From assembly GCF_044704955.1 (NCBI RefSeq), contig NC_091984.1, positions 147,684,001 to 147,748,000 on the forward strand: a stretch of 64,000 nucleotides of DNA, written 5' to 3'. The notes below the pieces were generated by a model. The model worked only from the letters and a program-made list of their open reading frames with translations. It did not search any database and had not been told where the DNA came from. Position 1 is the first letter of the stretch, and every line of letters begins with the position of its first letter. A program made the position numbers and the translations under genes. This DNA comes from Pristiophorus japonicus. Lineage: Eukaryota. Positions 48,865 to 60,800 of this stretch are shown one piece after another.

Positions 48865-51800
48865 TTTTTTTTAGTTTTAAATTTATTTCTGCTAAGTTAG
48901 TTCTCAGTCTGTTAAATATAGGCATGGCAGGGCAGTTCTGTCCCGTGGAGAGCACATCCTGTGGCATGTGGGAAGTCCTGGACACTTCTCGTGGCCTGGA
49001 CGACCACATGTGCAGGAAGTGTCACCAGCTACAGCAACTCGAGCTCCGCGTTTCGGAGATTGAGCGGCGGCTGGAGTCACTACGGTGCATCCGCGAGGCT
49101 GAGAACTTGGTGGATAGCACGTTTCGAGATGTGGCCACCACTCAGCTTAAGATTGTGCAGGCATGAGAGGGAATGGGTGACCACCAGACAGAAGAGGAGG
49201 TCCAGGCAGGTAGTGCAGGAGTCCCCTGTGTCCATCTCGCTCTCCAACCAATATTCTGTTCTGAGTACTGATGGGGGCGATGGTTCCTCCAGGAATTTCA
49301 GCCAGAGCCAAGTCCACGGCACCACGGGTGGCTCAGCTGCACAGGGGGGAGGAAGAAGAGTGGAAGAGCAATAGTGGTAGGGGATTCGATAGTTAGGGGA
49401 ACAGACAGACATTTCTGCGGCCACAGACGTGACTCCAGGATGGTATGTTGCCTGCCTGGTGCCAGGGTCAAGGATGTCACTGAGTGGCTGCAGTACATTC
49501 TGAGGGGGGAGGGTGAACAGCCAGAGATTGTGGTCCATATCAGTACCAATGACATAGGTAGAAAGAGGGATGAGGTCCTACAGGCAGAGTTTAGGGAGCA
49601 AGGAGAGAGATTAAACAGTAAGACCTCAAAGGTAGTAATCTCCGGATTACTCCCGGTGCCACGTGCTAGTGAGTACAGAAATAGGAGGATAGAGCAGATG
49701 AATGCGTGGCTGGAGAGATGGTGCAGGACAGAGGGCTTTAGTTTCCTGAGGCATTGGGACCATTTCTCGGGGAGGTGGGACCTGTCCAAGTCGGACGGGT
49801 TACACGTCAACAGAGCCGGGACCAATATCCTCGTGGGGGGGTTTGCTAGTGCTGTTGGGGAGGGTTTAAACTAGCTTGGCAGGGGAATGGGAACCGGAGA
49901 ATAGATTCAGTGGAGAGAGAAGCAAATCTGGAATTGGAAAGCAGAAAAGTAGTAAGTAAATTTGGAAGACAGAGGAAACAAAGCCCAGAAAATAGACAGC
50001 AAAGATGGTTGGCAGTGCTCAATGGCATATACTTCAATGCAAGGAGTATAGTGAATATTGCAGATGAGCTGAGAGCACAGATAGACAATTGAGAGAACGA
50101 TATTGGGATGGAAATTCTGACGTGTCCGGGCCCGTACGTAGTTTCTACGGACCCGGGAAGGCATCGGAAAAGTCGGTTTTCAACGTGCAATGCGCATGCA
50201 CTGAAAACCTGCTTTTCCGATCTGTCAAGCTGGAGCTGGAGAGATCGTAGCCAGATCATGAGCGAGGACATTTGTACGGGCAAGATGGGACTATTTATCC
50301 ATATCTTGCCCAGCAAATGTCCTCAAAAATCATAGCCTACTTTTACAGGCGTAAGTGCTTTAAAACATACAGAAACAATTGTAAAATAAAATTATAGACA
50401 TTTAGTTTATTGTTCAAAAACCTCCCCACTACAGTAAGTTTATTACCATAATTAAAAAAACTTTTTTAGCAATCGGGAACATATTTTATTTCTATAAGAC
50501 ATAATAACTTTAATTTCAAATAATTTTAAATATCTGTGGTCTGTTTTTTAGTTTTTATTATTTTGTGTGTTTGGTTTTGTCCCCATTAATAGCACTGAGA
50601 ACTGGTAGATACGCGAGTCTTAGTGCTATTAATGGGAACTTGTGAACTACCTACCTGATTGGCTGAGCAGCCACACATGACTGCATCTTCTGCGTGGGAA
50701 CCCTCTGGACTGGATCGTGCTTAAATGCATTCAGGAGAATTTTATCAGCGAGTATGTAACAAGTCCAACAAGGGAGGGGACGGATCTGGACTTGGTTTTG
50801 GGGAATGAAGAGGGGCAGGTGGAAGGGGTATCAGTGGGAGAGCATTTTGGCGCCAGTGATCATAATTCAGTTAGATTTAGTGTAGTTATGGAAAAGGACA
50901 AAGATAGACCAGGAATAAAAGTTCTCAATTGGGGAAAAGCCAATTTTGCTGAGCTGAGATGAGATTTGGCCAAAGCGGACTGGAAACAGCTACTTGATGG
51001 TAAATCAGTGTCAGAGCAGTGAGAGGCATTCAAGGAGGAAATCCTGTGGTTTCAGAGTAAGTCTGTTCCCTTAAAGAAAAATGGTGTGACTAAAAATCCT
51101 AGGGGCCCTGGATGTCAAGGGATATACAGTGTAGGATAAAGTAAAAAATGGAGGCTTATGACAGATACCGAGGGCTCAATACTGCAGGAACTTTAGAGGG
51201 GTATAGTAAGTGCAGGGTGCAATTAAAAAGTAAATTAGGAAAGCAAAGAGAGAGCATGAAAACATTTTGGCAAGTAAAATCAAGGAAAACCCAAAGATGT
51301 TTTATAAATACATTAAGAGCAGGAGGATAATTAAAGAAAGTGTAGAGCCTATTCGAGACCATAAAGGTAATCTGTGTGTGGAGGCGTAAGACGTGGGTAT
51401 GTTTCTGAATGAATACTTTCTGTCTGTTCTCACAAAAGAGAGAGGCAATGCAGACATTGCAATCAGGGAGGAGGAGTGTGAAATATTAGATGAAATAAAC
51501 ATAGTGAGAGAGAAAGTATTAAGAGGCATAGCAGCTTTGAAAGTGGATAAATCCCCTGGCCCTGATAAAATGTATCCCAAGCTGTTAAGTGAAGCAAAAG
51601 AAGAAATAGCACAGGCTCTGACCAACATTATCCAATCCTCTCTGACTACACGTGTGGTGCCAGAGGTCTGGAGGACTGGTAATGTTGTACCTTTGTTTAA
51701 AAAGGGAGAAAGGGATAGACCGAGTAATTGCAGGCCAGTCAGCCTAACCTCATGGTGGGAAAGTTATTGGAAAAAATTATGAGAGACAGGATAAATCTTC

Positions 51801-52445
51801 ATTTAGAAAGACATGGATTAATCCAGGACAGTCAGCATGGATTTGTAAAGGGAAGGTCGTGTCTGACTAACTTAATTGAATTCATCAAGGAAGTAATAAG
51901 GAGGGTTGATGAGGGCAGTGCGTATGATGTAGTGTAGATAGATTTTTGCAAGACTTTTGGTAAGGTCCTACATGGCAGACTGGTCATGAAAGTAAAACCC
52001 CTTGGATCCAGGGCAAAGTGGCAGGTTGGATCCAAAATTGGCTCAGAGGCAGGAAGCAAAGGGTAATGGTTGGTGATTTAATGACTGGAAGGCTGTTTCC
52101 AGTGGGGTTCCGCAGGGCTCAGTACAAGGTCATTGCTTTTTGTGGTATATATCAATGATTTAGACTTGAATGTAGGGGGCATGATAAAGAAGTTTGCAGA
52201 TGATACTAAAATCGGCCGTGTGGCTGATAATGAAGAAGAAAGCTGCAGACTGCAGGAAGATATCAATGAAATGGTCAGGTGGGCAGAACAGTGGCAAATA
52301 GAATTTAATCCAGAGAAGTGTGAGGTAATGCATTTGGGGTGGGCTACCAAGGCAAGGGAATACACATTAAATTGTAGGATACAGAGAAGTGTAGAGGAAC
52401 AAAGGGACATATCCACAGATACCTGAAGGTAGCAGGCCAGATAGA
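48865..52445 (+). mobile_element. CR1 with ORF1 (48924-49874, zinc finger plus esterase) and decayed ORF2; MITE-like insert at about 50105-50716
   Basis: ORFs 48861..49166, 49374..49874, 51393..51782 and 52133..52426. Confidence 0.93.
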
Positions 52446-53237
52446 TGTGAGGTTATCCACTTTGACAGAAAGAATAGAAAAGCAAATTATTTTTTAAATG
52501 GAGAATAATTGCAAACTGCTGCAGTACAGAGGGATTTGGGGATCCTTGTGCATGAAACACAAAAATTTAGAATGTAGCAAGTAATCAGGAAAGCAAATGG
52601 AATGTTGGCCGTTATTGCAAGGGGGGTGGAGTATAAAAGCAGGGAAGTCCTGCTACAATTGTACAGGGTATTTGGAGACCTGGAGTACTGTGTGCAGTTT
52701 TGTTCTCCAAATTTAAGAAAGCATATCCTTTCATTGAAGGCAGTTCAGAGGAGGCCCACTAGGTTGATTCCAGAGCTGAGGGGGTTGACTTATGAAGACT
52801 TGTTCAGTAGGTTGGGCCTATACTCATTGGAGTTCAGAAGAATGAGAGTTGATCTTCTCGAAACATATAATATAATGAGAGGGCTTGACAAGGTGGATGC
52901 AGAGAGGATATTTCCACTCATAAAGAAAACTAAAACTAGAGGGCATAGTTTCAGAATAAGGGGTCGCCTATTTAGAACTGAGATGAGGAGGAATTTCTTC
53001 TCTCAGAGGGTTGTAAATCTGTGGAATTCTCATGCCGCAGAGAGCTGTGGAGGCTGGGTCATTGAATATATTTAAGGCAGAGATAGACAGATTTTTGAAC
53101 AAGAAGTGGATAAAGAGTTATGGTGAGCAGGCAGGGAAGTGGAGCTGAGTCCACGATCAGATCAGCCAAGATCTCATTGAATGGTGGAGCAGGCTCGAGG
53201 GGCCAAATAGACTCCTGCTCCTATTTCTTATGTTCTT
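52446..53237 (+). mobile_element. CR1 3' fragment
   Basis: ORF 52602..53075; ttcttatgttctt tail. Confidence 0.9.
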
Positions 53238-53255
53238 AATCCGTAATACCCTTAC

Positions 53256-53327
53256 CCAACAGGGTGCTGATGGTGCCGGAGAACCAGCCTGAGCCTCAGA
53301 TCCTGAACTGTCCACTGCAACACTGGA
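53256..53327 (-). pseudogene. Candidate 72-bp exon of the unidentified host gene
   Basis: Strong acceptor ctgctccctctgtgtctcag| and donor |gtaagg; open in two frames (for example PVLQWTVQDLRLRLVLRHHQHPV). Confidence 0.4.
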
Positions 53328-53581
53328 CTGAGACACAGAGGGAGCAGAGTGTGTGCAAAGTGGTGACTGGCTGGTCCGCTGGTCCCCGAGACCCCTCCCC
53401 GACCCCACAGTCCCAACAGGATCCCCCCCCTCGATACCCAGCACCCAGTCCCACCCAGAACCCCTGACCTCCCCGTGAGCCCCATGATCCCCCCCACCCA
53501 CCGATCACGCTGCTCCCCCCCGTTCCACGCACAGTCCGCCCCCAATAAAGCCCACCCTCCCCCGGCCCGGTCTCCCCTCTC

Positions 53582-53765
53582 CTGGGTAACAGTCACACAC
53601 ATACACACACCTACAGACAGTGCTGGGTAACAGTCACACACACACACACACCTACAGGCGGTGCTGGGTAACAGTCACACACACACACACACACCTACAG
53701 GCGGTGCTGGGTAACAGTCACACACACACACACACACACACCTACAGGCGGTGCTGGGTAAGACA
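53582..53765. repeat. Minisatellite GTGCTGGGTAACAGT(CA)nCCTACAGGC
   Basis: About 4.5 copies with a variable CA run. Confidence 0.9.
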
Positions 53766-53887
53766 CACTAACATTCAGCGACATGTACACGGTGATACAC
53801 TGACTGCTCCTCTCCCTAAGCTGAGGCCTCACTTGGTACAGTTTTGTGCTGCTGCCATGAGCCACCCGTTAAGGAGAGAGAATGCAA

Positions 53888-53981
53888 CATTGTGACTGTG
53901 GCCTCCTGCCCCCAGATTTCCCCCAGCAGTCAGCACACAGTGCACAGTGCGATCCCACAATCGGGGGCAGCCCCAATAACC
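53888..53981 (-). other. 23-spacer recombination signal sequence with a degenerate J-like segment
   Basis: Minus strand: GGTTATTGG, 23 nt, CACTGTG CACTGTG, then TGG GGG CAG GAG GCC ACA GTC ACA ATG (WGQEATVTM); no donor at the usual J end. Confidence 0.45.
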
Positions 53982-53999
53982 CCAGTGTGCAGAGTGAGA

Positions 54000-55098
54000 G
54001 CCAACAAGCTCCCCGCTGGAGTGGAACTAAACTATAGAACCAGTGGGAACCTGTTCAACCTGCGCAGTCTCCAGGTCAGATCCAAGGCCACTCCAACCTC
54101 TGTCGTCGAGCTACAGTATGTGGACGATGTCCGCATCTGCGCACATACAGAGGCCGCACTCCAGGACATAGTCGACATATTTACTGAGGCGTACGAAAGC
54201 ATGGGCCTTACGCTAAACATCCGTAAGACAAAGGTCCTCCACCAGCCTGCCCTCATCACACAGCACTGCCCCCAGTCATCAAGATCCATGGCGCTGCCCT
54301 GGACACCGTGGACCACTTCCCATATCTCGGGAGCCACCAATCAACAAGAGCAGGTATTGACGACGAGATCCAACACTGCCTCCATGCGCCAGTGCAGCCT
54401 TCGGTCGCCTGAGGAAAAGAGTGTTTGAAGACCAGGCCCTCCAAACTGCCACCAAGCTCATGGTCTACAGGGCTGTAGTAATACCTGCCCTCCAATATGG
54501 CTCAGAGACATGGACCATGTACAGCAGACACCTCAAGTTGCTGGACAAATATCACCAACGATGTCTCTGCTAGATCCTACAAATACCCTGGGAGGACAGG
54601 CGCACCAACATCAGCGTCCTCAGTCAGGCTAACATCCCCAGCACACTCGATAGCTCCGCTAGGCAGGCCACATAGTCCGCATGCTAGACACGAGACTCCC
54701 AAAGCAAGTGCTCTACTCGGAGCTCCTTCATGGCAAACGAGCCAAAGGTGGGCAGCGGAAACGCTACAAGGACACCCTCAAAGCCTCTGATAAAGTGCAA
54801 CATCCCCACTGACACCTGGGAGTCCCTGGCCCAAGACCACCCTAAGTGGAGGAAGTGCATCCGACAGGGCGCTGAGCAACTCGAGTCTCGTCGCCAAGAG
54901 CATGCAGAAACCAAGTGCAGGCAGCGGAAAGAGCGTGCGGCGAATCTGTCCCCACCCACCCCTTCCCTCAATGACTGTCTGTCTCACCTGTGACAGAGTC
55001 TGTGGTTCTCGTATTGGACTGTTCAGCCACAAAAGAACTCACTTCAGGATGGAAGTAAGTCTTTCTTGATTCCGAGGGACTGCCGATGATATGATGAG
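54000..55098 (+). mobile_element. 5'-truncated RTE-clade LINE
   Basis: YRTSGNLFNL, LQYVDD, MGLTLNIRKTKV, C-terminal CLTCDRVC..RIGLFSH; (GAT)n-like tail. Confidence 0.93.
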
Positions 55099-55198
55099 AC
55101 TGGGATGGTTTAATCTCAGCAGCTTTTAGTGTCTCTGTATTTCATCTTGTGCACTCCAGGGGTTCGAGGTCAAATTGATCATTTTAAAATAATTGATA

Positions 55199-55310
55199 AT
55201 TGGCTTTGAATCAAATCTCCTGCCGACGTGCCATTGATTGACAGCCCACTCAGCCAATCAGGACAGAAACTTACTGAAATGCAGCCAATCCAGCTGAGGG
55301 GGAGGAGGGA
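55199..55310. promoter_or_regulatory. CCAAT-box cluster with an E-box and a G-rich box
   Basis: ATTGG at 55199; CAGCCAATC with CCAAT at 55254 and 55285 (31 bp apart); CAGCTG at 55291; GGGGGAGGAGGG. Confidence 0.35.
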
Positions 55311-55354
55311 CATTTCCAAAGCACTCGCCAGACACAGACTGAATATTAATCACG

Positions 55355-55360
55355 TTTATT
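55355..55360 (-). terminator. Probable poly(A) signal of the light-chain C exon
   Basis: AATAAA on the minus strand about 525 nt after the C-exon stop. Confidence 0.55.
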
Positions 55361-55885
55361 GCCTTTTACAGATTCACATTTAGAGAAACAAGATTTGAAT
55401 AAACAGCCCAGCGAGAGCGAGCTGGAGACATTCACAGGGAGAATGCAGCTTTAATAAAACAGTTGTGGGGATTTTCTCCACACCGTGAGAATCCTGTCCC
55501 TTTAAACGGGGACTAAACCTTGAATTGTAACAGCAGGGTGAGCAGGGAGGGGGTCTGCTCACTGAAGCGGCACTTCGCAGTTTAACATTAGTTTTACTCT
55601 GCTGACAGTCTTCAGCATTTTCAAGAGGTTTTACTTGGTAGCACGAGTCAACACTGTCCCATCAAACCCTCCCAGGGCAGGTACAGCACGGGTTAGATAC
55701 AGAGTAAAGCTTCCTCGACACTGCCCCAATAATGTGCCTTACCCCTTGACCCTCAGATGCTTTCCCTGACCAAGTCCCGAGAAGGGAGAGAGTAGAAATG
55801 CAGTGCTGACAATGACCTTTGCCCTCCCGGCTCACCCCCTGTTCTATTTAAAGTTGCGTCTCCCCCGCGGACTGTCCCTGACACA

Positions 55886-56213
55886 CTACGCACATTCTGC
55901 TCTCCTGACTCCCTTGCTGAGGGGAGAGGAGAGGCTCTCGTGGGTGAGGCTGCAGGAGAAGCTGGCGTTGGACTCCCAGTCGGAGCCAGAGAGGGTCAGC
56001 AGGCTGCTGACACTGTCGGTGTTGTCCGAAGCTCGCAGGTAGTCGCTGGTCTGGACCCCGGCCGAAATGGTCGCCCGTCCTTCTTCCACTCCATCTCCAC
56101 CGCATCGGGGTCGAAGTGATCGGCGAGGCACACCAGGGTGGCAGTGCCCTTGGTCGTGACCTCCTCCGGGGAGGGGGGCAGCAGGGTCAGCGTGGGCGGT
56201 GTCTTCCCTCGGC
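55886..56213 (-). pseudogene. Immunoglobulin light-chain constant exon, cartilaginous-fish type I (sigma-cart/NS5)-like, with a 1-bp frameshift
   Basis: Phase-1 acceptor ccttctcctccctttcag|; PTLTLLPPSPEEVTTKGTATLVCLADHFDPDAVEMEWKKDG / ATISAGVQTSDYLRASDNTDSVSSLLTLSGSDWESNASFSCSLTHESLSSPLSKGVRRAECA*; C1-set Cys/Trp/Cys and terminal Cys. Confidence 0.93.
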
Positions 56214-56444
56214 CTGAAAGGGAGGAGAAGGATCTTTAGTAGGTGTATATTAGTGTGTGTGTGTGTGTGTGTGTTTCCGTGTGGGGATAATTCACATCTG
56301 ATAACGGAGAGTTGGGTTAATGAACTCCTGGCTGGCGATTAACCATTCGAGGCGAGCAACACTAATTCTTAATCTTCTTTGCCTCGCTTGATAAGTTTAA
56401 TATAAATATAAATGCGTTTGAAGTTAAGGTTTTTCAAAAAAAAA

Positions 56445-56900
56445 TCTTTCATTTATATTATGCCTTTCACAACCACCGGACATCTCAAAGCACTTTTCAG
56501 CCAATTAAGTACTTTTGGAGTGTAGTCACTGTTGTAATGTGGGAAAAACGGCAGTCAATCTGCGCACAGCAAGCTCCCACAAACAGCGATGTGATAATGA
56601 CCTGATAATCTGTTCTTTTGTCATGTTGGTTGAGGGATAAATATTGACCAGGGCACCGGGGAGAACTCCCCTGCTCTTCTTCAAAATAGGGGCATTGGAT
56701 CTTTTACATCTACCTGAGAGGGCAGACGAGGCCTCAATTTAAAATTTCATCTGAAAGACGACACCTCCAACAGTGTTGCACTCCCTCAGCACTGCCCTGC
56801 AGTGTCAGCCTAGATCTTTGTGCTCAAGTGCCTGGTGTGGGACTTGAACCCACAACATTCTGAATAAGAGGCGAGAGTGCAATGCACTGAGCCACGGCTG
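56445..56900 (-). mobile_element. Near full-length SacSINE1-like SINE
   Basis: Head, Deu-like body and tail as at 47812-48762. Confidence 0.88.
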
Positions 56901-57064
56901 ATGCTCAAAATCATACTGGGGTGAGGTCAAGGGTGAGGCTACAATTTGCCTCAGTGTACCAGAGTCAGGCAGGGTCACTGCTCCCAATGATTCCGTGACC
57001 TCCTGGAAGGTCAGAGTGCGCGGACAATGGCCGAGGGTCAGGATCAGGGCCCTCCCACATCAAT

Positions 57065-57810
57065 GAAAGAAAGCCTTGAATTTATATAGCGCCTTTCACA
57101 ACCTCAGGATGTCCCAAGGTGCTTTACAACCAATTGTACACAGGGAGATTTACGAGGATGTTGCCTGGACTGGAAAATTTTAGCTATGAAGAAAGATTGG
57201 ATAGGCTGGGGTTGTTTTCTTTGGAATAGAGGAGTCTGAGGGGAGACCTTATTGAGTTGTATAATATTATGAGGGGCCGGGATAGAGTGGATAGGACGGA
57301 CCTATTTCCTTAAGCAGATTGGCCAACAACCAGGGCAAAGATTTTAAAGTAATTGCTCGGAGGTTTAGAGGGGATTTGAGGGGAAATGTCTTCACCCAGA
57401 GCGGGTGGGGGGCCTGGAAGTCACTGACTGAAAGGGTGGTAGAGGCAGAAACTCTCATCACTTTTAAAAATTACTTGGATATACACTTGAAGTGCTGTAA
57501 CCTACAGGGCTATGGACCAAGAGCTGAAAAGTGTGATTAGGCTGGATAGATCTTTGCCGGCCAGTGCAGACACGAATGGCCTCCTTTCATGCTGTAAATT
57601 TATCTGATTCTATGAAGCTCCCAGACTGCAATGAGATCATGACCAGATCCTCGGCTTTAACTATGTTAGTTGTGGGATAAATATTGGCCAGGACACTGGG
57701 AAGAACCCCCATGCCCTTCCAATAATGATTATGAGATCTTTCATGTTCACTTAAGAGGGCAGATGGGACTTCGGTTTAACGTCTCATCTGAAAGATGGCA
57801 CCTCTGACAG
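57065..57810. mobile_element. SacSINE1-like SINE (minus) split by a plus-strand CR1 3' end (about 57135-57615)
   Basis: SINE tail 57065-57134 and body 57617-57810; CR1 FTQSGWGAWKSL fragment between them. Confidence 0.8.
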
Positions 57811-60800
57811 AGGGAGGATATGTTTGAAGGATCATCAAATAAGGCCATATGGTTTAAACTGATGAATAGAAAAGGGACGATCACACTGCTGGGAGTGTAC
57901 TATCGACCCCTAAACAGTCAGAGGGAGATAGAAGAGAAAATATGTCGGCAAATTGCTGAGAAGTGCAAAAACAATCGGGCAGCAATAGTCAGGGATTTCA
58001 ACTCCCCTCACATTAACTGGGATGGAATCATGTCAAAGGTATAGAGGGTGGAGAATTCTTCAAATGCATTCAGGAGAACTTTTACAGCCAGTACGTAGCA
58101 AGCCCAGCAAGGGAGGCGCGGTTCTGGGCTTAGTTTTTGGGAATGAAGCTGGGCAGGTGGAAGGGAGATCAGTGAGAGAGCATTGTGGTGCTCATGATCA
58201 TAATTCAGTTAGATTTAGTGTAGTTATGGAAAAGGACAAAGGTAGAGCAGGAATAAAGGTTCTCAATTGGGGAATGGCCAATTTTACTAAGCTGAGAGGT
58301 GATTTAGCAAAAGTGGGCTGGAAACAGCTACTTGAAGGTAAATCAGTGTCAGAGCAGTGGGAGGCATTCAAGGGGGAGATAGTGAGGGTTCAGAGCAAGT
58401 ATGTTCCCTCAAAGGAAAAGGGTGGCACTCCCAAATCTAGAGCACCCTTGGATGTCAAAGGGCATACAGGATAGGTTATGGCAAAAAAAGGAAGCTTATG
58501 TCAGATACCCAGAGCTAAATACTGCAGAAAGCCCAGAGGTGTATAGAAAGTGCAGGGGTGAAATTAAAAAGGAAATTCGAAATGCAAAGAGAGGGCATGA
58601 AAAAATACTGGCAAGTAAAATCAAGGAATACTCAAAGATATTTTATAAATACATAAAGAGCAAGAGGATAACTAAAGAAAGAGTTGGGCCTATTGGAGAC
58701 CAAAAAGGTACCCTGTGTGTGGAGGCGGAAGACGGGGGAATGGTTCTTAATGAATATTTTGCATCTGTCTTCACAGAAGAGAGGGACGATGCAGACATTG
58801 TAATTAAGGAGGACAAGTGTGAAATATTAGATGAGATAAACATAGTGAGAGAAGAAGTATTAAGGAGCTTAGCATCTTTGATCGTAGAAAAATCACCAGG
58901 CCCGGATGAAATGTATCCCAGGCTTTTAAGAGAAGCAAGCGGGGATATAGCAGAGGCTCTGACCATCATTTTCCAATCTACTCTGGCTACATGTGTGGTG
59001 TCAGAGGACTGGAGGACTGCTAACGTGTACATTTGTTTGAAAAGTGAGAAAGGGATAGACCGAGTAATTACAGGCCAGTCAGCCGAACCTTGGTGGAGGA
59101 AAAATTATTGGAAACAATAATTGTCATATAGAAAGGGACATATTAATCAAGGACAGTCAGCATGGATTTATTCAGGGAGGTCGTGCCTCACTAACTTGAT
59201 TTAATTTATTGCGGAGATAACAAGGAGAGTCAATGAGTTTTGCATCTTTGATGTCGTACACATGGACTTTTGCAAGGTTTTTGGTGAGGTCTCACATGGC
59301 AGAAAAGTAAAAAGCCCAGGGATCCAAGGGAAAGTGGCAAGTTGGATCCAAAATTGGCTCAGTGGCAGGAAGCAAAGTGTAATGATCAACGGGTGTTTTT
59401 GTGACTGGAAGGCTGTTTCATGTGGGGTTTCAAGCCAGGTTTGCTGATAATACAAAGATGGGAGGAAAAGCAATGTGTGATGAGGATACAAAAAACCTGC
59501 AAAAAGACATAGACAGGCAAAGTGAGTGGGCAAAAATTTGGCAGATCGAGTATAATGTTGGAAAGTGTGAGGTTATGCACATTGGCAGAAAAAAATTAAA
59601 GAGCAAGTTATTATTCCAATGGAGAAAAATTGCAAAGTGCTGTAGTACAGCGGGACCTGGGGGTACTTGTGCATGAAACACAAAAGGATAGTATGCAGGT
59701 ACAGCAAGTGATCAGGAAGGTCAATGGAATCTTGGCCATTAATGCAATGGGGATGGAGTATAAAAGCAGGGAAGTCTAGCTACAGTTATACAGGGTATTG
59801 GTGAGGCCATAGCTGGAATACTGCGTGCAGTTTTGGCTTCAATATTTAAGAAAGGATTGACTTGCTTTGGAGGCAGTTCAGAGAAGGTTCACTAGGTTGA
59901 TTCCAGAGCTGAGGGAGGTTGTCTTTTGAAGAAAAATTGAGTAAGTTGGGCCTCGACTCATTGGAATTCAGAAGAATGAGAGGTGATCTTATCACATGTA
60001 AGATTATGAGGGGCCATGCAAGGTGGATGCAGAGAGGATGTTTCCACTGATAAGGGAGACTAGAACTAGGGGGCTTAATCTTAGAATAAGTGGCTGCCCA
60101 TTTAAAACTGAGATGAGGAGGAATTTCTTCTCTCAGAATCTTTAATCTCTAAGTATTCTCTAATCTCCAGATTACTCCCGGTGCCGCGAGCTAGTGAATA
60201 CAGAAATAGGAGGATAGAGCAGATGAATGCGTGACGGGAGAGATGGTGCAGGCGGGACGCTTTAGGTTCCTGAGGCATTGGGACCGCTTCTGGGGGAGGT
60301 GGGACCTGTACAAGCCGACCGGGTTGCTCCTCAACAGAGCGGGGACCAATAGCCACGAGTGGGGCATTTGCTCGTGCTGTTGGGGAGGGTTTAAACTAGC
60401 TTGGCAGGGGGATGGGAACCGGAGAATAGATTCAGTAGGGAGGGGAGTAAAGCTGGAATTAGAAAGCAAAAATAAGGAAAGTGAGTTTGAAGGAGAGAGG
60501 AAACAAGCAGATAAAAAGGGTAAAAAAACAAATTTAAAGGCTCTTTGCCTAAATCACAAAATAGCTGAGTTGATGGCACAAATAGATACAAATGAATATG
60601 ATCTGATAGCCATTACAGAGACGTGGTTGCAAGGTGACCAGGACTGAGAACTAAATACTCAGGAGTCCTTGACAATCCGGAAAGGACAGACAGAAAGGTA
60701 AAGTAGGTGGGGTAGCTCTGTTGACAAAGGATGGAATTACTGCAATAGTGAGAAATTATATTGGCTCAAATGATCAGGATGTTGAAACTGTTTGGGAGGA

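Larger units (their letters stand above)
44942..52445. repeat. Right arm of the inverted segmental duplication
   Basis: Reverse complement of the left arm, lacking the CR1 nest and the Gypsy nest. Confidence 0.93.

Noticed and set aside
55648-55730. Conserved-looking block in the C-exon 3' UTR (acactgtcccatcaaac...gggttagatacagagtaaagc)
   Set aside because: Resembles a single monomer of a common shark repeat rather than an Ig-specific element
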